64,000 bases of DNA from Clostridia bacterium (GTDB taxonomy: Bacteria; Bacillota; Clostridia; Oscillospirales; Acutalibacteraceae): the NCBI GenBank assembly GCA_017403265.1, contig JAFQOJ010000017.1, forward strand, positions 1,196-65,195, read 5' to 3'. The notes beneath the pieces are model-generated. The model worked only from the letters and a program-made list of their open reading frames with translations. It was not told the DNA's origin and made no database searches. Positions 9,649 through 18,499 of the stretch are shown piece after piece. The position numbers and the translations under genes are program-made. Within the stretch, counting starts at the first letter, position 1, and each line of letters begins with the position of its first letter.

Positions 9649-10761
9649 ATGTTTAAAATCCCTTCAAATGTAAGCTTTGTTATGGAAACTTTAATAAACA
9701 ACGGACATAAGGCTTACCTTGTGGGCGGTTGTGTTAGAGATATGCTAATGGGCAAAACCCCTACAGACTTTGACATTACTACTTCAGCTTTTCCAAAGGA
9801 AATAACCGCTCTTTTTGAAAAAACAATACCAACAGGTATAAAGCACGGCACCGTAACGGTTATAGTAGACTCCGTACCAATTGAGGTTACCACCTTTCGC
9901 ACAGAAAACGGCTATAGCGATTCCCGTCACCCCGACGGTGTGAATTTTGTAAGAAATCTACCTGAAGACCTTTGCCGCCGCGATTTTACGGTTAACGCTA
10001 TAGCCTATAACAAATGTGAAGGCCTTATTGACCTTTACGGCGGTATAGCCGATATAGAAAATAAAATTTTGCGAACCGTGGGCGACGCCAAAACCCGATT
10101 TTCAGAAGATGCACTTAGAATTTTAAGGCTTTTCCGCTTTGCTTCCACCTTGGATTTTTCTATTGAACAAAACACCCTAACCTCCGCTTTAGAATGTGCT
10201 AATCTTTTAGAAACTATAAGCTGTGAGCGAATTTTTGCAGAGCTAAAAAAAGCAGTTATGGGGGATAATTTTAAGGTTCTTGAAGCTTTAATTTTATCGG
10301 GTGGCTTAAGCTTTTTAAATCTTACAAAAACTCCCGATTTTGAAAAAATAAACGGTCAAACGAACCCGCTTATCCGTCTATATTTAAGTATTAGTACCGA
10401 TACTTTAATGCTACTTCGCCCATCTAACAAAGAGCGTGAATTTTTCTGCACATTTGATTATCTATCCCTTCTTCCCACTCCCAAAAACGAGCGCGATATT
10501 AAAGAAATGTTGAACACTTGCGACAGCGATATTTTAAAAGCATTTTTTGAATATAAAGGCTTAGATATTACTTTAATTGACAAGGTTTTACAGTCTCACG
10601 AACCGTACAAAATCAGTCACCTTAAAATTGACGGAAAAACGCTTTTGGAACTCGGCTTTAAGGGTGAAAAAATAGGTGAAATTTTAGAGTATTTAAGAAA
10701 GACAGTAATAAAAGAACCACAAAAAAATACTAAAGAAAATTTATTGAAAGAAATACCGTAA
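9649..10761 (+). CDS. cca: tRNA nucleotidyltransferase (CCA-adding) / poly(A) polymerase family protein
   Basis: Head-domain motif GGCVRD...TPTDFDITT and RRDFTVNA. Confidence 0.85.
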   Translation: MFKIPSNVSFVMETLINNGHKAYLVGGCVRDMLMGKTPTDFDITTSAFPKEITALFEKTIPTGIKHGTVTVIVDSVPIEVTTFRTENGYSDSRHPDGVNFVRNLPEDLCRRDFTVNAIAYNKCEGLIDLYGGIADIENKILRTVGDAKTRFSEDALRILRLFRFASTLDFSIEQNTLTSALECANLLETISCERIFAELKKAVMGDNFKVLEALILSGGLSFLNLTKTPDFEKINGQTNPLIRLYLSISTDTLMLLRPSNKEREFFCTFDYLSLLPTPKNERDIKEMLNTCDSDILKAFFEYKGLDITLIDKVLQSHEPYKISHLKIDGKTLLELGFKGEKIGEILEYLRKTVIKEPQKNTKENLLKEIP

Positions 10762-10770
10762 CAAAGAACT

Positions 10771-10834
10771 ATAAGTGCCATAAACTGTATTAGTGAAAGA
10801 AATTCTCTATAAGGTTTTGGCACTTATATTTTTG
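10771..10834 (+). terminator. Hairpin with large loop plus T-run after cca (atypical terminator or small structured element)
   Basis: Perfect 10-bp stem ATAAGTGCCA (10771-10780) / TGGCACTTAT (10818-10827) with a 37-nt loop, followed by ATTTTT. Confidence 0.35.
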
Positions 10835-10845
10835 GGAGTGATTTT

Positions 10846-11643
10846 ATGAAAAAGGTTTGTATAATTGGCGGCGATACTCGTCTTAAAACGGTTAAGCATT
10901 ACCTTGAAAAGCAAAACTTTTTTGTTAATACTTTAGGGCTTTACCCTGATGACAAAGGGGATATCACTTTAAGCGATATACTTATTCTTCCCGTCCCCAC
11001 TACGCGTGACGGTAAAAATATATTCACCCCGCTTACAAACCGTGTTATCCCTTTAGAAGAAATTTATAAGAAAACAAACGACCAGCTAATACTTTGCTGT
11101 AATTATAACTTTAAAAACCGCAACTGTATAGATTACAACACCCTTGACAGCTATGCGCTTTTAAATGCCGTCCCCACTGCAGAGGGTGCAATAAAAATCG
11201 CCATAGAAAACACCGATTTCACAATCTGGCAGAGCAATATTTTGGTTATAGGCTACGGCAGGGTAGGAAAAATTTTAGCCGATAGGCTTAAAAATCTTGG
11301 CGCAAATGTTACTGTAAGCGCCCGCAAACCCAAAGATTTTGCCGCATTGGAAGCGCTAGGATTCAGTAGCATAAATACCGAAAAATTACCCGAGCTTTAC
11401 TTGGGGTACGACATTATTTTCAATACTGTTGACGCCTTGGTTTTACCCGATAACACCCTTAAAAATTTACCCTGCAGTCTTTTAATGGACTTATCCTCTA
11501 AAGGCGGATTCAATTTAGAATACGCCAAATCTTTAGGTCTTAACGCCTTAAACGCGCCCGCACTCCCTGGTAAAGTTGCCCCCAAAACCGCAGGAAGAAT
11601 TTTAGCAAAAACCGTAAGCGAGCTTATTCGCTTTTATAATTAA
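10846..11643 (+). CDS. dpaA: Dipicolinate synthase subunit A
   Basis: DpaA-type N-terminal domain, Rossmann motif IGYGRVGK, immediately followed by dpaB. Confidence 0.85.
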   Translation: MKKVCIIGGDTRLKTVKHYLEKQNFFVNTLGLYPDDKGDITLSDILILPVPTTRDGKNIFTPLTNRVIPLEEIYKKTNDQLILCCNYNFKNRNCIDYNTLDSYALLNAVPTAEGAIKIAIENTDFTIWQSNILVIGYGRVGKILADRLKNLGANVTVSARKPKDFAALEALGFSSINTEKLPELYLGYDIIFNTVDALVLPDNTLKNLPCSLLMDLSSKGGFNLEYAKSLGLNALNAPALPGKVAPKTAGRILAKTVSELIRFYN

Positions 11644-11655
11644 AAGGAGAATATT

Positions 11656-12228
11656 ATGCAAAATATAACCCTGGGCTACGCTATAACAGGCTCCTTTTGT
11701 ACTATAAAGGAATCTATAGAGGCCTTAAAAGTTTTAAGTAAAGAGAATATTAAAATTTTACCTATTTTATCCGAAACGGTATGCAGTACTGACACCCGTT
11801 TCGGTAAAGCAAAAGACATAATAAACGAGGTTGAAAATATAACTGGCAATAAAATTATAAACACAATTGCCACCGCCGAGCCTATTGGTCCTAAGGGCTT
11901 GCTTGATATTTTGGTAGTAGCTCCCGCTACAGGCAATACACTTGCAAAAAACGCTTTAGGTATTACCGATACCGCAGTTACAATGGCAATAAAGGCTCAT
12001 TTGCGCAATAATAAACCTGTAGTCCTTGGTATTGCTACAAACGACGCTTTAGGCGCCAGCGCTAAAAATATTGGAATGCTTCACAACAGTAAAAATATTT
12101 ATTTTGTTCCCTACCGTCAGGACGACCCACAAAAAAAGGGTAGTTCTTTAATATGCAATTTTTCACTAATACCAGAAACGGTAGAGAAAGCGCTTCTAGG
12201 GCAACAGCTACAACCCATTTTAATTTGA
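11656..12228 (+). CDS. dpaB: Dipicolinate synthase subunit B (flavoprotein fold)
   Basis: Flavoprotein-family N-terminus (ITGSFCT), conserved APATGNT segment, pairing with dpaA. Confidence 0.85.
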   Translation: MQNITLGYAITGSFCTIKESIEALKVLSKENIKILPILSETVCSTDTRFGKAKDIINEVENITGNKIINTIATAEPIGPKGLLDILVVAPATGNTLAKNALGITDTAVTMAIKAHLRNNKPVVLGIATNDALGASAKNIGMLHNSKNIYFVPYRQDDPQKKGSSLICNFSLIPETVEKALLGQQLQPILI

Positions 12229-12291
12229 CTTTTCATATATATTGGTATATAATTTAACTTACTGAAAATATACTAGTATGAGTGATTAAAA

Positions 12292-12867
12292 ATGGGAATT
12301 ATAGAACTTTTACTTTTGGCAATAGGTCTTTCAATGGATGCCTTTGCGGTATCTATATGCAAAGGCCTTGCTACATATGAGCTTAAAAAACGGCACATGC
12401 TGATAACGGGACTATGGTTTGGTGGATTTCAGGCTTTAATGCCACTTATAGGCTATTTTTTAGGCACCGCCACCGAAAAATATGTAACAGCAGTTGACCA
12501 TTATATTGCCTTTGTTCTATTGGCGGCTATAGGGGTTAACATGATTAAGGAATCCCGCACAGAAGAAACAGAAGAAGCCGATTGCTCTTCCTTTGCATTT
12601 AAAACTATGTTCGTGATGGCAGTAGCCACAAGTATAGACGCACTAGCGGCAGGCATTTCACTTGCAATGGACTTAAAGGGTAATAATACCTACGCTTATT
12701 TAGCGGTAACATTTATAGGTATTATAACCTTTACCCTATCGGCTATGGGCGTTAAAATAGGTAATGTTTACGGTGCCAAATGGAAATCAAAAGCCGAGCT
12801 TTCAGGAGGTATAATACTAATAGCGCTAGGCACTAAAATTTTAATAGAGCATTTATTCTTTCAGTAA
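12292..12867 (+). CDS. mntP: Manganese efflux pump MntP
   Basis: Two internal repeats (LSMDAFAVS and SIDALAAG), about 6 TM segments, typical length of 191 aa. Confidence 0.85.
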   Translation: MGIIELLLLAIGLSMDAFAVSICKGLATYELKKRHMLITGLWFGGFQALMPLIGYFLGTATEKYVTAVDHYIAFVLLAAIGVNMIKESRTEETEEADCSSFAFKTMFVMAVATSIDALAAGISLAMDLKGNNTYAYLAVTFIGIITFTLSAMGVKIGNVYGAKWKSKAELSGGIILIALGTKILIEHLFFQ

Positions 12868-12900
12868 TAAATAAAATTCACTTTAATTAAAGACGGCAAT

Positions 12901-12940
12901 AAAACTGTGCAGAAAATTTCTGTACAGTTTTATTTTTTTA
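12901..12940 (+). terminator. Intrinsic terminator after mntP
   Basis: Stem AAAACTGTGCAG (12901-12912) / CTGTACAGTTTT (12920-12931) with one mismatch, followed by ATTTTTTT. Confidence 0.7.
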
Positions 12941-13022
12941 TTATAAACTTAACTTCTTAATTTCTATAAAATATTGTTCTACTTAGGACAACCACTTCAT
13001 AAGATTTATTGAGGTGAGCCAA

Positions 13023-13958
13023 ATGCAAGAAATAAAAAGATTTTATGATGTGCTTTATGCAGTATCTCCAAGAACTCGTGAAATATTAGAAAGGTTGCCC
13101 GAAAAAATTAAAATGGGCACCACCGAAATTCGTATGAGATTGGGACTGCCGCTTGCTATTACGGTTGAAAACGAAACCGTTTTTGTGCGTGAAAACGGAC
13201 AAACCCAATTCTTTGTTTCTAAAGACCTTTTTACTGTCACAAAGGACGATTTAGAAGAAAGCTTTAAAAGACTTTGCAATAATTCGGTTTTCGCCCACGA
13301 AAACGAGCTTAAAAACGGATACATAGTAATGAAAAACGGCTCACGCGCTGGAGTTTGCGGTAATATTTTCGAAAACGGCGGCTTTAGGGATGTTTCGTCA
13401 ATTAATATTAGAATTGCACGCGAGATTTTTGGGTGCGCCAATGAGATTGTACGCAACTACAAAGGCGGCGGTATTTTAATTGCAGGGGCTCCAGGAAGCG
13501 GTAAAACTACCATTTTGCGCGACCTAATAAGACAGCTTTCAAACGGCGCCATAGGTAAGCCTTTAAGGATTTCGGTAATAGATAGCCGCTACGAAATATC
13601 GGGAAACAGCTACGGCAAAAACGCAAACGATTTAGGCAGTAATACCGATGTTTTAATAACCGAGCAAAAGGCAATAGGCATAGAAATCGCGCTTCGCACA
13701 ATGTTCCCCGAAATAATCGCATTTGACGAAATTGCCACAGTAGACGAGCTTAAAAAGGTAAGCGATAGCTTTTATTCAGGTGTAAACATTATAACCACCG
13801 CCCACATAGGCAATATAGACGAGCTTAAAACCCGCAATGTTACCAACCTTTTGCTACGAAGCGGTGCTATAAGTCAAATCGCGTTACTTCCCCGACTTCA
13901 CGGTGGAAAGATAAGGCTAATGGATACAAAGGAGCTTTTTTGTGAGGCTTATATTTAA
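13023..13958 (+). CDS. spoIIIAA: Stage III sporulation protein AA (ATPase)
   Basis: Walker A GAPGSGKTT. First gene of a collinear eight-gene spoIIIA cluster. ATG at 13023 sits 5 nt after SD GAGGTGA; the track start GTG at 13014 overlaps the SD. Confidence 0.9.
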   Translation: MQEIKRFYDVLYAVSPRTREILERLPEKIKMGTTEIRMRLGLPLAITVENETVFVRENGQTQFFVSKDLFTVTKDDLEESFKRLCNNSVFAHENELKNGYIVMKNGSRAGVCGNIFENGGFRDVSSINIRIAREIFGCANEIVRNYKGGGILIAGAPGSGKTTILRDLIRQLSNGAIGKPLRISVIDSRYEISGNSYGKNANDLGSNTDVLITEQKAIGIEIALRTMFPEIIAFDEIATVDELKKVSDSFYSGVNIITTAHIGNIDELKTRNVTNLLLRSGAISQIALLPRLHGGKIRLMDTKELFCEAYI

Positions 13959-14367
13959 ACTTTTAGGTTTTATGCTTATAATAATCGTCTGCTGCACCAT
14001 AGGTTTTATAAAGGCGAATGAGCTGCAACTGCGCTGTAAAAAGCTGGAAATATTTAAAAAAGGTATTTTAGAGTTTAAGGAACGGCTAAGGCTATCCTAC
14101 GGCGAGCTTGACCGACTTAAAAGTAAATGCTTTAAAACACCCATAGACTATAGCGGTCTTTATAAAGGTGATAGTGAGATAATTGAAAGTATGTTTCGCG
14201 AAATCCCCTTACTTGACCGCGAAAACGCATACAATCGATGCACACTGGCAGTAGAGCTTTTAAACAAGCAATACGCCGAAGCTCAAACTAAACAAAAAGA
14301 GCTTGGTAAGCTTTATAAAAGCATAGGCGTACTTGGTGGCATTTTTATTTGTATTTTATTTTTATGA
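13942..14367 (+). CDS. spoIIIAB: Stage III sporulation protein AB
   Basis: Position and size in the spoIIIA operon, N-terminal TM segment, GTG start with SD AAGGAG. Confidence 0.8.
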   Translation: MRLIFKLLGFMLIIIVCCTIGFIKANELQLRCKKLEIFKKGILEFKERLRLSYGELDRLKSKCFKTPIDYSGLYKGDSEIIESMFREIPLLDRENAYNRCTLAVELLNKQYAEAQTKQKELGKLYKSIGVLGGIFICILFL

Positions 14368-14376
14368 GGTTAAAAA

Positions 14377-14571
14377 ATGGATGTTGATTTTATATTTAAA
14401 ATAGCGGCAATAGGTATTATTGTTACGGTGCTTAATCTTGTACTTATTCGCTCTGGCAGAGAAGAACAAGCTATGCTCACCACCCTTGCAGGACTTGTTG
14501 TGGTGCTTTTAATGGTTGTAAACTCGGTAGCCGAGCTTTTTGATACCGTAAAGGATTTATTCGGGCTTTAG
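14377..14571 (+). CDS. spoIIIAC: Stage III sporulation protein AC
   Basis: 64-aa two-TM protein at the expected operon position. Confidence 0.8.
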   Translation: MDVDFIFKIAAIGIIVTVLNLVLIRSGREEQAMLTTLAGLVVVLLMVVNSVAELFDTVKDLFGL

Positions 14572-14572
14572 T

Positions 14573-14959
14573 ATGGATACTTTTAAAATATTAGGTTTTA
14601 TTTTTGTAGCTGCCGCACTTTGCTTAATACTTAAAGGCTATAAAACAGAATATGCATTCGCTTTGGCTGTTTGCTCTGCTCTGGCGGTGCTAACGCTAAT
14701 TTTAAAAAATATAGCCTTCCCTTTGAAACTAATACAAGAAAAAATAGCAGAAAGCGGAATTGACGGCAGTTATTTTAAGGTGGCGGTTAAAGCCTTAGGT
14801 ATAGGATACATAACATCATTTGTTGCCGAAGCATGCCGCGATGCAGGGCAAAATTCATTGGCACTGAAAGCTGAGCTTACAGGAAAATGCGCAATTTTTA
14901 TTCTTTCCGTTCCGCTTATTTTAAGCATCTTAGAAACGGCTTTAGGATTTACAAAATGA
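14573..14959 (+). CDS. spoIIIAD: Stage III sporulation protein AD
   Basis: 128-aa multi-TM protein at the expected operon position. Confidence 0.8.
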   Translation: MDTFKILGFIFVAAALCLILKGYKTEYAFALAVCSALAVLTLILKNIAFPLKLIQEKIAESGIDGSYFKVAVKALGIGYITSFVAEACRDAGQNSLALKAELTGKCAIFILSVPLILSILETALGFTK

Positions 14960-16065
14960 AAAAATTATTATTTATTATTTTATTTTTAATTCTTTTCACA
15001 ACTACCGCCTTTGCCGAAGAAACCACTATCTATAAAGAGCAGTTAGAAAATAGCGGTATTTTAGAGATAGAAGATAAGCTACCTCAGGATGTGCGTGAAT
15101 ACATAAATCAAAACGGTCTTGATATTAATGACTACAATTGGATAAACAATATAAAAGCCGAAAATGTTTTTTCGCATATTCTTACCTTTTTAAAAAGCGG
15201 ACTTAAAAAGCCACTTATATCTTTAGGTATAATAACGGCTATTATCATAATCAATGCCTTGCTTTTTGAAAAACAAAATTCGGAAATAAGCTCTGTGGTC
15301 ACCTATGCTGCCACAATTTCTATAGCGGGGGCAATTATAACACCTATCTTTGCATCAATAAATACCTCAATAGGCGCTATGAAGGCCTGCGCCACCTTTA
15401 TGACGGCATTTATCCCCATATTCGCCGCTATAACCGCTGCTACAGGCAAAGCAGTTACAAGCGTTTCTATGAGCACTCTGCTTTTGGGCGCGGCAAATGG
15501 AGTTAGTCTTATTTCAAATTTTGCGGTAGTACCATTTTTGGGAGGATATTTAAGCCTAAGCCTTGCGGCAGGTGTTTCGCCGTTTATGAATAGTGGCGGT
15601 ATTTCACAAGCAGTAAAGAAATTAGCCTTGTGGGTGCTCTCGCTCATTACAACGGTATTTTTAGGGATTTTAAGCATACAAACAGTAGTAAATGCGCATG
15701 CCGATAATCTTTCAATGCGAACCGCCAAATTTATAATCGGCTCATCGGTACCGGTAGCGGGCGGCGTCTTGTCAGAAGCACTTGGCACTCTTACTGCATC
15801 AATGTCGCTTTTAAAATCCACCGTAGGTATTTACGGTGTGGTTATATGTTGCCTTATATTTTTGCCTATTATAATCGAGCTTGTTTTATGGCGAATAACC
15901 CTTTGGATGTCAGATTTTATAAGCTTACAATTTTCTCTTACAAAAATCTCAGGTCTTTTGCAGTCGCTCGACACCGTATTATCGGTGCTCATAGGCATAA
16001 TTTTGCTGACCGCCGCTATGTTTATAATCTCGCTTTCGGTAGTAATGGGAAGTGTTCATGCATGA
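14956..16065 (+). CDS. spoIIIAE: Stage III sporulation protein AE
   Basis: Signal-like N-terminus MKKLLFIILFLILF followed by a polytopic membrane domain. ATG at 14956 overlaps the spoIIIAD stop (ATGA). The track start at 14887 lies inside spoIIIAD. Confidence 0.85.
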   Translation: MKKLLFIILFLILFTTTAFAEETTIYKEQLENSGILEIEDKLPQDVREYINQNGLDINDYNWINNIKAENVFSHILTFLKSGLKKPLISLGIITAIIIINALLFEKQNSEISSVVTYAATISIAGAIITPIFASINTSIGAMKACATFMTAFIPIFAAITAATGKAVTSVSMSTLLLGAANGVSLISNFAVVPFLGGYLSLSLAAGVSPFMNSGGISQAVKKLALWVLSLITTVFLGILSIQTVVNAHADNLSMRTAKFIIGSSVPVAGGVLSEALGTLTASMSLLKSTVGIYGVVICCLIFLPIIIELVLWRITLWMSDFISLQFSLTKISGLLQSLDTVLSVLIGIILLTAAMFIISLSVVMGSVHA

Positions 16066-16484
16066 CACAATTTATAACAAGCTTTTGTGTAGGCTCGGTT
16101 TTGATAGGCTCTTTATATATTATCTGTCCTAAAGGCAATATTTCTAAGCAGATCAAATATATTTTCAGTTTAGTCTTTTTAATAATCATTATATCAGCCG
16201 CCAATGTTCCGCTTAAAAGTATTGATTTTGATGCTCTATCTCCAGCCGACGTTGAAATTGATACCGAATCTTTAGAAACATCGGCCGCAGAATATGTTTT
16301 TTCCTACACCTTAAAAAAACAAAATATAACTTTTAAAAAAATTTCAATTTTTACGGATAAAACCAGTGACGGTAGCATAGTAATTACTAAAGCGGTTGTC
16401 ATTACAGACGAGCCGCCACAAAAGGTAATAAATGCTTTAGCGGGACTTTTAGACAATCGAGAGGTTGAAATAATAAATGAATAG
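16062..16484 (+). CDS. spoIIIAF: Stage III sporulation protein AF
   Basis: ATG at 16062 overlaps the spoIIIAE stop (ATGA). Two N-terminal TM segments and the expected operon position. The track start at 15846 lies inside spoIIIAE. Confidence 0.7.
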   Translation: MTQFITSFCVGSVLIGSLYIICPKGNISKQIKYIFSLVFLIIIISAANVPLKSIDFDALSPADVEIDTESLETSAAEYVFSYTLKKQNITFKKISIFTDKTSDGSIVITKAVVITDEPPQKVINALAGLLDNREVEIINE

Positions 16485-17016
16485 CTTAATTTCAAAGTAT
16501 AAGGATAAGCTCAAAAGCCCTAAAGTGCTTGTAATTGTAGGTATACTAGGCATTTTGCTTATATTTATATCATCCCTTTTTACAGAAAAAGAAGAAGTTA
16601 AAGCCACAGAGCTTGATATGGGTATTTCTTCTACTGAATACCGCGAACAGTTAGAGACCGATGTTAAAAAAATAGTTTCCAAAATCACAGGAAATAAAAA
16701 TGTTACAGTAATAGTTACTTTAGAAAGCGGTATGCGGTATAAGTATGCCGATATAAAGGAAGGCTCCACGGAAGATAAATCGGAAGAGAGCACCAAGCTC
16801 TCGAGCAGTGAAAGCAAACAGGGCTACATAACCGTAAAAACTGCAGACGGCGGTGAGCAAGCGCTACTTGTCACAACCCAGATGCCTGAAATTCGCGGTG
16901 TTGCGATAGTATGTATAGGCGGCGACAACGAGCTTATTGCCGAAAAAATTGAAAATACCGTTACAGCGGCATTAAATATTACATCTCAAAGAGTATCTAT
17001 AGCAGGAGGAAATTAG
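16477..17016 (+). CDS. spoIIIAG: Stage III sporulation protein AG
   Basis: N-terminal TM segment, C-terminal ring-building-like domain (EIRGVAIVC), expected operon position. Confidence 0.8.
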   Translation: MNSLISKYKDKLKSPKVLVIVGILGILLIFISSLFTEKEEVKATELDMGISSTEYREQLETDVKKIVSKITGNKNVTVIVTLESGMRYKYADIKEGSTEDKSEESTKLSSSESKQGYITVKTADGGEQALLVTTQMPEIRGVAIVCIGGDNELIAEKIENTVTAALNITSQRVSIAGGN

Positions 17017-17017
17017 A

Positions 17018-17548
17018 ATGAAAAAAAGTAAGGTTTTAGGTAAAGGACAATTAGCAGTTGGTGTTATGGTAATAGCCTTAATAGCGGCAGTATGGCTTAA
17101 CACCAAATATATGCCAACCTCCACAAAATATTTAGGTGAAGCATCCTTCGTATCTGCAACCTCTGACAATGCAGTTGAAACTGCGGCAAAGACTACAGAA
17201 CAAGACTACTTTACCACCGCCAAAGCTGACAGGGAAAAGCAATTAAAAAATGCAACCGATACTGTAAAAGAACTTTTGAAAAGCGAAGCTTTAACTGACA
17301 AAGATAAGGAATCAGCACTAAAGCAAATCGAAGCCATTGCCGACACTATAAAAAAAGAAGCCAATATTGAAGCTCTTTTAAAGGCAAAAGGCTTCAAAGA
17401 AGTAGTAGCTGTTATAGGTAACGACGGTATAAATATTATTGTTAAATCGGACGGTCTTACCACTGCCAACACTATGCAAATACAGGATATTGCGGTTACA
17501 GAATCAGGTCTTGACCTTTCAAAAGTTAAAATTATACCTGTAAAATAA
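17018..17548 (+). CDS. spoIIIAH: Stage III sporulation protein AH
   Basis: N-terminal TM segment, charged linker, last gene of the operon. Confidence 0.8.
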   Translation: MKKSKVLGKGQLAVGVMVIALIAAVWLNTKYMPTSTKYLGEASFVSATSDNAVETAAKTTEQDYFTTAKADREKQLKNATDTVKELLKSEALTDKDKESALKQIEAIADTIKKEANIEALLKAKGFKEVVAVIGNDGINIIVKSDGLTTANTMQIQDIAVTESGLDLSKVKIIPVK

Positions 17549-17552
17549 AATC

Positions 17553-17586
17553 ACCCGAACGCTAAAAACGTTCGGGTTGATTTTTA
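17553..17586. terminator. Bidirectional terminator (spoIIIA operon / TIM-barrel gene)
   Basis: Stem ACCCGAACG (17553-17561) / CGTTCGGGT (17569-17577) with a 7-nt loop, followed by TGATTTTT. Confidence 0.7.
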
Positions 17587-18495
17587 ATACCTTGAAGCAA
17601 AGCTTTTAATTGTTTTTACCGTAAAATCTGCGGTAGCTATCATAAGATTATCGCTTATGTAGCCGAAATTGGCTTCCGAATTATAAACCCCTTCATAACC
17701 AACTTCTTTGAGAGCTTTAAAAAAATCAGTCCAATCGGTAGTACCTGCACCTATAACTCGGTGATGGTCAACAATACCAAAATTATCGTGAAGGTGAAGA
17801 CAAGCAACATTTTTACCTAATTTTCTTACAAACTCAGCGGCTGAAGGCTCGTTATGTTGAGCAGTAAGGTTTATATGTCCTGTATCAATACAGCAAACAA
17901 ACCATTCGCCGAATTCGCTCATTCTTACATCATCGAACAAGGCTTTAAACTCGTCGTAGGCGCCAAAAAAGTCAAGCTTATTACCTAAGTTCCAGTTAGA
18001 GCCAACCGTTTCAAGCGCAACCTTTACCCCGTTTTCCTTTGCAAAGGGTAATATGCTTTTAAATGCTCTGCGTGCTCTAAAGCGCATCTCTTCGGGTGTA
18101 GCATTAGGATTTGAAAGGTCACTGCCCGGATGGAAAACACAGTATTTTGCGCCTAAAATTCTTGCAGCCTTTAAATCACCTTCGGCATTTTTGGGGAATA
18201 CCACCGTATTGTACTCTTCATCGTTTTCCATAAAGGTACGCATTGTACCGTGTGTTTGGAAAACCACAAGACCGCGTTTTTCAACTTCTTCTCTTATTGC
18301 TTTAAAGTGCGCTTCAATTTCTGCATCCGATTTCAAATAAATAGAATCATTATCACCGTAAAGATTATAGCGGTTAAGGTCAAAATCTATACCGTCAGCG
18401 CCTACTTCTTTTGCTATATCTAAAGTTTTTTCTAAACCATATTTTGGTATAAAATCGCAAATAGCAAGACTAATTTTTCTTTCCATTAAAGCCAC
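17584..18495 (-). CDS. Sugar phosphate isomerase/epimerase family protein (xylose isomerase-like TIM barrel), paralog 1
   Basis: AP-endonuclease-2/xylose-isomerase-like TIM barrel pattern (ALETV..., HLHDN...). Substrate unknown. Confidence 0.7.
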   Translation of the reverse strand: MALMERKISLAICDFIPKYGLEKTLDIAKEVGADGIDFDLNRYNLYGDNDSIYLKSDAEIEAHFKAIREEVEKRGLVVFQTHGTMRTFMENDEEYNTVVFPKNAEGDLKAARILGAKYCVFHPGSDLSNPNATPEEMRFRARRAFKSILPFAKENGVKVALETVGSNWNLGNKLDFFGAYDEFKALFDDVRMSEFGEWFVCCIDTGHINLTAQHNEPSAAEFVRKLGKNVACLHLHDNFGIVDHHRVIGAGTTDWTDFFKALKEVGYEGVYNSEANFGYISDNLMIATADFTVKTIKSFASRY

Positions 18496-18499
18496 TCCC

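Noticed and set aside
12229-12291. yybP-ykoY manganese riboswitch upstream of mntP
   Set aside because: The intergenic spacer is only 63 nt and contains promoter-like sequence. That is too short for the riboswitch of about 100 nt or more, and none of its conserved helices are visible.
13055-13456. 133-aa antisense ORF inside spoIIIAA
   Set aside because: It lies entirely within a well-supported gene on the opposite strand, has no SD and has a low-complexity composition. This is a shadow ORF.
14887-14955. N-terminal extensions in the ORF track (spoIIIAE 14887, spoIIIAF 15846, BY-kinase 36160, pyrI 54096, htrA 26059, acetyltransferase 22837, four-helix gene 21506, mrp 61741)
   Set aside because: Each extension overlaps the preceding gene or a promoter. 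Each has an internal ATG with a proper SD or an ATGA/TAATG coupling, so the shorter starts are used in the feature list.
15303-15821. 172-aa antisense ORF inside spoIIIAE
   Set aside because: It is a shadow ORF opposite a conserved membrane protein gene, with no start context and no recognisable family.
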